Shown in pieces: positions 40,061-48,050 of a stretch of 48,334 bases of DNA. Source of the stretch: Patescibacteria group bacterium (GTDB lineage Bacteria; Patescibacteriota; UBA1384; XYA2-FULL-43-10; 1-14-0-10-43-13); the NCBI GenBank assembly GCA_038216025.1, contig JBBQQK010000001.1:1-48334 (forward strand). Direction: 5' to 3'. Position numbers and translations under genes: made by a program. The notes under the pieces were generated by a model, which made no database searches, was not told the origin of the DNA, and worked only from the letters and a program-made list of their open reading frames with translations. Each line of letters begins with the position of its first letter. Positions within the stretch are counted from its first letter, which is position 1.

Positions 40061-41351
40061 TCTTATTGAAATTGCCAAGCAGATGCCAACTTCCCCGGGC
40101 GTTTATCAGTTTATTGATGAGCACGGGGATATTTTATACGTGGGAAAAGCCAAAAACTTGAAAAGTAGAATAAAATCCTATTTTTTGAAAGAGTTAGGCA
40201 GAGGTCCTGCAATTGACATTATGGTAGAAGCTGCTAAAGATATCAGATATATAGAAACTGATAGCGAAATTGAAGCAGTTATTTTAGAAGCCAATCTGAT
40301 AAATCGGCTAAAGCCAAAATATAATGTCAGGCTGAGAGACGATAAGTCTTTCTTGGTTGTGGGAATTACTAAACCTGTCAAAGGTTTGCAGCCAGGATCT
40401 TTGGCCGAAAAGGATTTGAGCAACAAGTATTCAAAGATAGACTTGATAAGATATAAGAACATTGATTTAAAGGACAGGAAAGCGGAGTATTTCGGTCCAT
40501 ATCCTGCTGGTCTGCTTCTTAAAAAATCATTGCATTTTTTAAGAAAAATATTTCCTTATAGAGATTGTTCAAAAACAAAATTCAATACCTATAGAAAAAA
40601 AGGGCGCCCTTGCATCTACGGAGATATAAGAGTCTGCACCGCCCCATGCGTTGACTGGGTTAGTCAGCAGGAATATCAAAAGAATATAAATTATCTAAAA
40701 AGTTTTCTCAAGGGTAGAAAAAAAGATGTAATTGTTGATTTGGACAAAAGGATGGGACTTCTATCTAAGGGCAGGAGATTTGAACAAGCGGCTTTGATTA
40801 GGGATAAATTAGCCGCATTGGATCATTTGAAAGACGTTGCCATCGGATTGCGAGATGATGTTTTCAATCGATCCACCTTGATTTTCAAAAGAATTGAATG
40901 TTATGACATTTCCAATATAAGCGGAAAATATGCCGTCGGCGCGATGGTTGTTTTTGAAAATGGTAAAAAAGCGGCTGACGAATATAGGCGATTTAAAATA
41001 AAATATACCGATGAATTGCCTAATGATCTAGCAATGCTAAAAGAGGTTCTGGAGAGAAGGTTTAAAAATGATTGGCGATTGCCAGACTTGATTGTTATTG
41101 ACGGTGGAGAAAATCATCTAAAGGTGGCTATAGAAGTAACTAAGAAAAATGTTACTCCGGTCCCCTCTGTTTCAATAGCGAAGGGGGCGAAAAGAGATAA
41201 GAATGAATTACATTATTCGGATGCATTTATTGCTAAATTTGTTAATAACAATAAGGATCTGATCGATATAATCGTATCTGCTCGAGATGAAGCCCATCGC
41301 TTTGCTATTAGTTATTATAGAAAATTACATGAGAAGGGAATGTTTAAATAA
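40053..41351 (+). CDS. uvrC: Excinuclease ABC subunit C, short form lacking the C-terminal (HhH)2 domain
   Basis: GIY-YIG (PGVYQFIDEHGDILYVGKAKNLKSR), Cys cluster (RDCS...RPCIYGDIRVCTAPC), UVR motif (FEQAALIRDKLAAL), endonuclease domain (IECYDISN, DLIVIDGG) and RDEAHRFAI. The ORF ends about 15 aa after that. Confidence 0.85.
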   Translation: MNNLIEIAKQMPTSPGVYQFIDEHGDILYVGKAKNLKSRIKSYFLKELGRGPAIDIMVEAAKDIRYIETDSEIEAVILEANLINRLKPKYNVRLRDDKSFLVVGITKPVKGLQPGSLAEKDLSNKYSKIDLIRYKNIDLKDRKAEYFGPYPAGLLLKKSLHFLRKIFPYRDCSKTKFNTYRKKGRPCIYGDIRVCTAPCVDWVSQQEYQKNINYLKSFLKGRKKDVIVDLDKRMGLLSKGRRFEQAALIRDKLAALDHLKDVAIGLRDDVFNRSTLIFKRIECYDISNISGKYAVGAMVVFENGKKAADEYRRFKIKYTDELPNDLAMLKEVLERRFKNDWRLPDLIVIDGGENHLKVAIEVTKKNVTPVPSVSIAKGAKRDKNELHYSDAFIAKFVNNNKDLIDIIVSARDEAHRFAISYYRKLHEKGMFK

Positions 41352-41353
41352 GG

Positions 41354-42388
41354 ATGGCCAATTTTTTAAATAAATGGTGGCAGAATTTATGCTATGAGCC
41401 CTCCGACTATCGCCGTCATGTCGGGGGAGAATTGAAGGTTGTCGTTATTGGCGGCGGCACTGGCTTGTCGAACCTGTTAAGGGGCTTAAAAAGGTATTCA
41501 AATCGAATATCCGCAATAGTGGCAGTTACAGATACGGGAGCTTCGTCGGGAATAATCAGCAAGGAATTTGATATTTTGCCTCCGGGTGATATTCGAAAGT
41601 GCATTTCTGCATTAGCTTTTGACGAAGAACTGGTTTCAAAAGTGATGGAATTCCGTTTCAAAGATTGTAGTAGTCCATTCTCCGGGCATACTCTGGGAAA
41701 TATTTGGATAACGGCCCTTTCTGAGTATTTTGAATCTTTCGAAAAGGCGGTTGAGTCAACGACTGAAATATTCAAAACAGCGGGCAAAGTGTTGCCTGCA
41801 ACTTTGGAAAAAGTTGATTTATGCGCCCGTTATTTGGATGGACAAAAAGTATGCGGTGAGGACAAAATTCCTAAGGCAGGCAAAAGTATTAGCAAAGTAT
41901 ATTTAAATAAGAACAATGTTAAAGGATATAGCAAGTCAATTGAAGCTATTGCCGAAGCGCAGATTATTATATTGGGTCCAGGAAGTCTCTATACATCCGT
42001 CATTCCCAATCTGTTAATCAAGGACATTTTGAGTGCGATAAAATCGAATAAAAATGCAGCAAAATTTTACATTTGCAATTGTTCAACTGAGCGAGGTGAG
42101 ACCGAGGGATACACGGTAAAAAAGCATATTAAAGCAATATTTGATCATAGCAAAGTTCAGTTGTTTAATTTTGTCCTTGTCAACAATAAAATCATCAAGA
42201 TAAGCGAGGATGCGACAAAGTTAGGAGGTGTTAACAACATCACTTCTGACAACTCTGAAATATTAGGATGTAATATTGTGCGAGCAGATATTGTTAATGA
42301 AAAAGACCCTCTATATCATGATTCCGAAAAACTAGCAAAAGAGATTGTAGCGTTGTATAATAAGGTCAAAGGTCAAAGATTCTTATAA
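41354..42388 (+). CDS. YvcK/CofD-family protein (UPF0052, gluconeogenesis factor-like)
   Basis: VVVIGGGTGLSNLLRGLK, IVAVTDTGASSG, GHTLGNI and ILGPGSLYTSVIPNLL are the family pattern. Confidence 0.85.
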   Translation: MANFLNKWWQNLCYEPSDYRRHVGGELKVVVIGGGTGLSNLLRGLKRYSNRISAIVAVTDTGASSGIISKEFDILPPGDIRKCISALAFDEELVSKVMEFRFKDCSSPFSGHTLGNIWITALSEYFESFEKAVESTTEIFKTAGKVLPATLEKVDLCARYLDGQKVCGEDKIPKAGKSISKVYLNKNNVKGYSKSIEAIAEAQIIILGPGSLYTSVIPNLLIKDILSAIKSNKNAAKFYICNCSTERGETEGYTVKKHIKAIFDHSKVQLFNFVLVNNKIIKISEDATKLGGVNNITSDNSEILGCNIVRADIVNEKDPLYHDSEKLAKEIVALYNKVKGQRFL

Positions 42389-42423
42389 TTTTTATATTAA
42401 AGCTGTAGAATTTTGGAGGGATA

Positions 42424-43167
42424 ATGCCAAGACCGGTAGTGATTGCCAATTGGAAAATGCACACAAACGCGGCAGACGCGCATATATTGGCGATGACGGT
42501 AAGAAATGCGGTTTGTTCAATGGAAGGCGTTGATATAGTACTCTGTCCTCCAATGATCTGGCTATCGGAAGTCGCGAGTGTTCTGGGGAAAGGAAGAATA
42601 TCCTTGGGGGCACAGAATATGTTTTATGAGCCGGAAGGGGCTTATACGGGGGAAGTCTCCCCTTCTATGATTAAAGATTTAGCCAGTCATGTAATCATCG
42701 GACATTCTGAAAGAAGAGAGCATTTTGGCGAAACAGACTTTGATGTTAACGAAAAAGTCATCGCCGCCCTTAAAACTGGTCTCATTCCTATTATCTGCGT
42801 TGGAGAGAGAAAAAAATCACTTAAATATCCAGAAGAACCAGTAAATCAGCTCAAACAATCTTTATTGCATGTACCGGTTAAATATTTAAAGAATATCATT
42901 GTAGCTTATGAGCCTGTCTGGGCTATCGGAACTGGACTGGAAGCTCCGCCGGAGTATGCGGCTAAAGTTATTACAGAGCTTAGAGCGATTGTAAGAACCG
43001 AGACACCCATTCTCTACGGTGGAAGTGTAAACTCAAAAAATACTGCCAATTTTGTTGCAAGGCCAGAGATAGATGGATTGCTTGTGGGCGGCGCAAGCTT
43101 AAGATCAGCTGAGTTTATTAAAATTTGCCAAATATGGCAACAAGGGAAAAGCTTTAAAGCAAAATAG
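42424..43167 (+). CDS. tpiA: Triosephosphate isomerase
   Basis: IANWKMH, IIGHSERR, AYEPVWAIGTG and YGGSV motifs. GGAGGG RBS. Confidence 0.9.
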   Translation: MPRPVVIANWKMHTNAADAHILAMTVRNAVCSMEGVDIVLCPPMIWLSEVASVLGKGRISLGAQNMFYEPEGAYTGEVSPSMIKDLASHVIIGHSERREHFGETDFDVNEKVIAALKTGLIPIICVGERKKSLKYPEEPVNQLKQSLLHVPVKYLKNIIVAYEPVWAIGTGLEAPPEYAAKVITELRAIVRTETPILYGGSVNSKNTANFVARPEIDGLLVGGASLRSAEFIKICQIWQQGKSFKAK

Positions 43168-43207
43168 CACATTATTAACATAAATTATTGTAATTTTGGA
43201 GGGCAAA

Positions 43208-44194
43208 ATGAAAGTAGCCATTAATGGCTTTGGCCGGATTGGGCGCGCGGCTGCGAAGATTGTATTAGATCGTAATGACATGGAGTTAGTTGCAATCAAT
43301 GATTTAGGGGAAATCTCAGGATTGGCTCATCTCTTGAAATACGATACTTGCTATGGAGTCTATGAAAAAACTGTTGGATACGATGAAGGTGATCTTATTG
43401 TTGATAACAAGAGAATCCACTTTTATTCAGAAAAGGATCCTTCAAATTTACCTTGGAGAGAGCTGGATATCGATGTTGTAATAGAAGCGACTGGCATCTT
43501 TTTAACAAAAGAAAAAGCTCAGCCACACATTGATGCGGGAGCAAAAAAAATTGTAATGTCTGCGCCGCCAAAAGATGATACTCCTATGTACGTTATAGGT
43601 GTTAATGCAGACCAATACCAAGGAGAGGCTATTGTTTCTAACGCTTCTTGCACGACAAATTGCATCACGCCAATCATGAAAGTGCTTGAGGATAATATCG
43701 GCATCGAGAAGTCTTTAATGACGACCGTTCACTCGTATACCGCGGATCAGAATTTGGTAGACGGTCCCCATGATGATTTGAGACGAGCTAGAGCGGGTGC
43801 TTGTAATATAGTTCCTACTTCGACAGGAGCCGCCAAGGCAGCTTATAAAATAATTCCACCATTAAAGGGTAATTTCGAAGGTTTGGCTATTCGCGTCCCA
43901 ACACCAGTAGTTTCCTTGTCAGACATAACTATTGTGTTCAAACGCGAAACATCTATTGAGGAGATAAACAAATTATTCATAGAGGCGTCCGAGGGTCACT
44001 ATAAGACTATTATTGCCGTAACTGATGAGCCGATTGTTTCTTCTGATTTACGCAAATCAACCTCTTCGACTACCGTAGACCTGCCGCTTACTCAGGTTAT
44101 AGGCGGAAATTTAGGTAAAGTTATCGGATGGTACGATAACGAATGGGGCTATTCTTGTCGCTTAGTCGATTTGGCTGCCCATATTTGCTCTTAA
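43208..44194 (+). CDS. gap: Glyceraldehyde-3-phosphate dehydrogenase
   Basis: MKVAINGFGRIGR, SNASCTTNC (catalytic Cys) and WYDNEWGYS. GGAGGG lies 4 nt before the ATG at 43208; the track's TTG at 43196 is unlikely. Confidence 0.95.
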   Translation: MKVAINGFGRIGRAAAKIVLDRNDMELVAINDLGEISGLAHLLKYDTCYGVYEKTVGYDEGDLIVDNKRIHFYSEKDPSNLPWRELDIDVVIEATGIFLTKEKAQPHIDAGAKKIVMSAPPKDDTPMYVIGVNADQYQGEAIVSNASCTTNCITPIMKVLEDNIGIEKSLMTTVHSYTADQNLVDGPHDDLRRARAGACNIVPTSTGAAKAAYKIIPPLKGNFEGLAIRVPTPVVSLSDITIVFKRETSIEEINKLFIEASEGHYKTIIAVTDEPIVSSDLRKSTSSTTVDLPLTQVIGGNLGKVIGWYDNEWGYSCRLVDLAAHICS

Positions 44195-44213
44195 TTTGTT
44201 CGATGATATTTCA

Positions 44214-44246
44214 GTGCGCATTAGAGTTTTATTATCTGATGCGCAC
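44214..44246 (+). repeat. Perfect 8-bp inverted repeat GTGCGCAT-N17-ATGCGCAC in the gap-hypC spacer
   Basis: Read directly at 44214-44221 and 44239-44246. No clear T-tract follows, so it is either a weak terminator or an operator-like site. Confidence 0.5.
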
Positions 44247-44285
44247 GTAATATCTTTAATGATCTTTTGATCTAAAGGAGCCCAC

Positions 44286-44513
44286 ATGTGCTTAGCGATA
44301 CCAGGAAAAATTTTAAAAATAGAGGGCAATCAAGCTTATTTTGAATATGAAAAAGAAGAATTTCATGCTGATATAACACTGGCTCCAGATGTTTCAGTTG
44401 GAGATTGGATCCTAATGCACGATGGACGTGCTCTTTCGAAAATAAGTGAAAAAGAAGCTAAAGAAAATTTAGAATTTATTAGAGATCATGATGAATTCGT
44501 TTGTGGTGTTTAG
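44286..44513 (+). CDS. hypC: [NiFe]-hydrogenase maturation chaperone HypC/HupF
   Basis: 75 aa. The N-terminus MCLAIPGKILKIEG is the HypC signature, with the essential Cys2. Confidence 0.85.
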   Translation: MCLAIPGKILKIEGNQAYFEYEKEEFHADITLAPDVSVGDWILMHDGRALSKISEKEAKENLEFIRDHDEFVCGV

Positions 44514-44571
44514 GGTAATTATTGGCATTGTTTGATGATGGTGATTGCCCTTTGGCGTATCTTTGCCTGAG

Positions 44572-45380
44572 CTAGGAAAGATCCTTTTTATTGAATAGGT
44601 ATATCGAACTCAAGATGCCTGCTAATGCTATCGCAATCAAGATTACAAGATGATTAAGACTGTACTCGCCTGACTGTAATATTTTTTGTGGTGTATAGAG
44701 GTAGAACAAAGAAAAGTGGTCGAAGTCTCTAAGTTTTTCTACTACGTTTGATAATGATGAGAAGACAAAAAAACCAATAACTAGTACAACGGTAGATAAC
44801 ACAACGGATAATTTCGATCTAAAGAGCGATGAAAGAAATATAGAAATTCCGTAGAAGGCCCATATGAAGGCGGTAGCAATTATTGAAAACGCTACCAATC
44901 CTGATCTTTTCATATCGACATCGTAAATGTTGCAAAGTGCCCATATGGCAAAAACATTCGAAACCACTAAAAGCGCTGAATAAAATAAGGTTACAATCGC
45001 ATGACCAAGAACATAATTAGTTCGTGAAATCGGATGAGATAAGTCGAAGTCGATTGTTTTTTTTCGATTTGACCAGCAATGGCAGAGCCGGCAGAAGCGG
45101 CAAAGTAAAATGAGATGATCAAAACGAAAAATAATGATAAGTATTCCATCGACAAGAATCCTTCTATTGTCGAGTAAGCGGTGAATCCCTCTGCCCCGCC
45201 AAAAAATTTCATGAATTCTTCGGGCATTGATTCGGTCAATTGCTCCATGTTTGCGGCTTTCATGGAGGGAAACATGCTAACCATAAGCCAAGTGTAGCCA
45301 AATAAGCCTAAGGCGTAATAAATAATACCGTTTTTTTGTTCTTTGAGTTTTTGAATAATTAAGTTTATCATGATCTTCAT
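44572..45380 (-). pseudogene. ABC-2 family transporter permease interrupted by a 1-nt frameshift in an A8 run (ORF track halves 44991-45380 and 44572-44967)
   Basis: On the - strand, ...GCT GGT CAA ATC GAA AAA AAA CAA... reads through to a stop. Shifting -1 after GAA AAA AAA gives EKK-TIDFDLSHPISRTNYVLGHAIVTLFYSALLVVSNVFAIW..., which runs straight into the downstream ORF and restores a typical ABC-2 permease of about 269 aa. Confidence 0.7.
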
Positions 45381-46267
45381 TTATAAAAATGTAAAAATAT
45401 ATCTTCTAGGGACGGTTCGTTTATCTTAAAGTCATCAGCTCCAAATCGAGCCAATTCTTTGATAACTTGACCGTTTTTGCCAGAAGAGACCAGATTGTAG
45501 CCAGTTGTTGTTCTTGTGACTTTCCTGATGCCCTTGATCGATTTTAAGGATTCCAGCGGAATAGTTTCGCCCACCTCAAGGTTGATGATTCTTATGTTTT
45601 TTTCCCTAAAGTCGTCAATCTTTTCAATAGCCAACAATTTTCCATCTTTGATAATTCCTACCCTATCGCATACTTTTTCTGCTTCGAATAAAAGATGAGT
45701 TGATAAAAGAACTGTTGCCCCGTCTGCTTTTACGCTCTTTATTAGCGAATAAAATTCTTGTTGGTTCAGGGGGTCAAGGCCAGAGGTCGGTTCGTCAAGT
45801 ATTAGAAGTCTAGGTTTGTGCATAAAAGCCAGAACTATGGCTAGCTTCTGTTTGTTGCCTTTGGAGTAATCTTTTATTTTTTTGTCGATATCTAGCCCAA
45901 AACGGTCTAGAAGATGTTTTAGGTATTTTTTGTCTGCCTTTTCTTTTTTAAAGCCAGCGAAATAATTGATACATTGCTTGCCTGTAATATTTTCTTGAAG
46001 ATAAATTTCTCCCGGTAAAAAGCCTAAGTCTCGCTTAATTATTACTGATTTTTGGTTTATATCTAAACCAAAAATTTTGGCTGTGCCCTTAGTTGGCCTT
46101 ATAAGGTCAAGGAGTAAACGGATAGTAGTAGTCTTGCCTGCTCCATTCGGACCAATGTAGCCGAAAACTTCGCCCTCTTTTACTTCCAAATCTAACTCAT
46201 GCAAGGCTTTTACTTTGCCGTTTGAGTAATACTTGGTTAGCTGTTGTGTTTGGATAAGGAAAGACAT
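45377..46267 (-). CDS. ABC transporter ATP-binding protein (ABC-2/DrrA-like exporter type)
   Basis: GPNGAGKTT (Walker A), YSKGNKQKLAIVLAF (signature) and LLILDEPTSGLD (Walker B). ATGA overlap with the permease. Confidence 0.9.
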   Translation of the reverse strand: MSFLIQTQQLTKYYSNGKVKALHELDLEVKEGEVFGYIGPNGAGKTTTIRLLLDLIRPTKGTAKIFGLDINQKSVIIKRDLGFLPGEIYLQENITGKQCINYFAGFKKEKADKKYLKHLLDRFGLDIDKKIKDYSKGNKQKLAIVLAFMHKPRLLILDEPTSGLDPLNQQEFYSLIKSVKADGATVLLSTHLLFEAEKVCDRVGIIKDGKLLAIEKIDDFREKNIRIINLEVGETIPLESLKSIKGIRKVTRTTTGYNLVSSGKNGQVIKELARFGADDFKINEPSLEDIFLHFYK

Positions 46268-46270
46268 AAT

Positions 46271-46492
46271 TTATTTTTCAATCAACTGAAATCTTTTTAC
46301 TTTTGCGCCATTCAACTCTACAGTATCGTTAAACATAGACGAAGGACGACACCATAATTTTGATATTTTATTATCGTATAGGCATTCATAAATGACAAGG
46401 TCCTCAAGTGTTTCGGTGTGCTTTCCTGTTCCTATTATCTTGTATAAAGTGCCTTTTTTGGAATGCTTATAAACTTGATCTTTTTCTATCAT
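46271..46492 (-). CDS. DUF1653-like small protein
   Basis: YKHSKKGTLYKIIGTGKHTETLEDLVIYECLYD...WCRPSSMF matches my memory of the DUF1653 pattern. The ATG at 46492 is preceded by GGAG. The track's TTG at 46504 abuts the hydrogenase stop. Confidence 0.65.
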   Translation of the reverse strand: MIEKDQVYKHSKKGTLYKIIGTGKHTETLEDLVIYECLYDNKISKLWCRPSSMFNDTVELNGAKVKRFQLIEK

Positions 46493-46504
46493 TTTATTCT
46501 CCAA

Positions 46505-47758
46505 TTAATGCGTGGCGCATGTAATACAAGGATCATATGCTCGAACTAGCATTTCAATAATTTGATCCCTCTCTTCTTTTTTCATTCCTCCAATAACAGG
46601 AGAAAGCTTTTTCATGTCAAATTCCATTGCCGGCATGTTTTGAACAGTCGGTGTTATAATGTTGCAACCTATGATGTAGCCGTTTTCATCTAATTCATAA
46701 TGGTGAAACAGTATTCCCCTAGGTGCTTCGCAAGCTTCGCTGCCAACACCATATGTGTTCGGTAGTTTAATTGGGTCGTGCAGATCAACGCCTTCTTCTA
46801 GAAAGTATCGGCAGATTTTCTCTGCTTCTAATACGAAGTGATAGTTTTCTAGAGCTTGTGCGATGATATTGTCAAATGGATTATCAAAATATTTCTTTAT
46901 GCCTAACTCAACGATAGAATCCTTAACCTCTTTGTGCAGGTGCCGACGCCCCAGGTTGATTCTGGCCATGGCTCCAACCATCATTTCTTTACCTTGAAGC
47001 GTGGCGAATTTGGCTCTTGTGTAGTGTCTGAGTTCCTCGTATATATAATCTCTGTTGCTAGATGCTTTGAACAGGTTGCCCGCGCTGGTTTTGACCATGC
47101 CGTCATAGTAGGCATATTCATCAGAATCGTAGAGCCCGGTAAATATCAGCTCCCGGCTCACCTCCGGGTACTTGAAACTATTGAAGAGCGAAACTGTTTT
47201 TTTGGCTATTTCCTTGATGCCATCAATATCTTTAAGTATTTCTTTGAAATCTTGTTTCGCCGGTTTCTTCTTAAATCCTCCTGGAACTGAAGATACCGGG
47301 TGGACTGCTCTCCCTCCTATTTTTTCGATAATTTTATCGGCAAATTTCTTTAGATTGATCGCATTGCCAAAAAGATCAGGATGAGAGTTTTGCAATTCAA
47401 AAGATGAACTGACTCCTACAAAATCAGGAAGCACCAAAAGATGGAGATGCAGGGCATGAGATTGAATCATCTGGCCGCACAGCATTAACTTTCTTAGCTC
47501 AACTGTTTGCTTGGATGGAGTAATGCTGCAAGCTGCTTCTATTGCCCGAGTTGCAGTTACGTTGTGGATAGTTGGACAAAGACCGCAAATACGGGAGGTG
47601 ATGATGGGGGCTTCGTAATATTTGCGCCCGAATAAAATTTTTTCAACAAAACGGTCGTTTTCAAGTCCGATTATTCTAGCTTCGTCCACTTTTCCATTTC
47701 TTAAATGAGCGTAAAAAGCGGCGTGACCTTCAATTTTGGGAACTGCATTTTCTGACAT
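46505..47758 (-). CDS. [NiFe]-hydrogenase large (catalytic) subunit, cytoplasmic group 3-like (3b-like by size)
   Basis: N-terminal KIEGH, L1 motif RICGLCPTIH, and C-terminal L2 motif DPCITCATH followed directly by the stop. 417 aa. Confidence 0.9.
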   Translation of the reverse strand: MSENAVPKIEGHAAFYAHLRNGKVDEARIIGLENDRFVEKILFGRKYYEAPIITSRICGLCPTIHNVTATRAIEAACSITPSKQTVELRKLMLCGQMIQSHALHLHLLVLPDFVGVSSSFELQNSHPDLFGNAINLKKFADKIIEKIGGRAVHPVSSVPGGFKKKPAKQDFKEILKDIDGIKEIAKKTVSLFNSFKYPEVSRELIFTGLYDSDEYAYYDGMVKTSAGNLFKASSNRDYIYEELRHYTRAKFATLQGKEMMVGAMARINLGRRHLHKEVKDSIVELGIKKYFDNPFDNIIAQALENYHFVLEAEKICRYFLEEGVDLHDPIKLPNTYGVGSEACEAPRGILFHHYELDENGYIIGCNIITPTVQNMPAMEFDMKKLSPVIGGMKKEERDQIIEMLVRAYDPCITCATH

Positions 47759-47772
47759 CTGAATTATTACCT

Positions 47773-48042
47773 CTAAATAAAGTTGTTTATACCTAATGAA
47801 AAATTGATAAAAATAAAAGCCAAAATATTTATTAAAATTTGAATACCGGTTTTTTTAGCGTTTTGCTTTTTTGTAGTAGCTAGAATTATTGTGACAATGA
47901 AAGTAATGACAAACAAGTAAAATATAAAGCCTACGGAGTCACCAAAATATCCACCAGTTACCAGGCTAATAATTAGAAAAATAATCCCCAAAGCTATCTG
48001 AAAAATGATCAAATAATCAGCAAGATTGAGTTTCTTGGGCAT
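47773..48042 (-). CDS. Hypothetical 89-aa three-TM membrane protein between the hydrogenase small and large subunit genes
   Basis: The ORF begins 8 nt after the small-subunit stop and ends 14 nt before the large-subunit start. It is hydrophobic, but the region is very AT-rich, so it could be a spurious ORF. Confidence 0.4.
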   Translation of the reverse strand: MPKKLNLADYLIIFQIALGIIFLIISLVTGGYFGDSVGFIFYLFVITFIVTIILATTKKQNAKKTGIQILINILAFIFINFSLGINNFI

Positions 48043-48050
48043 GTTTTGTC

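Noticed and set aside
46934-47384. 118-aa and 70-aa + strand ORFs inside the hydrogenase large-subunit gene
   Set aside because: They are antisense to a gene with both Ni-Fe ligand motifs, and nothing independent supports them.
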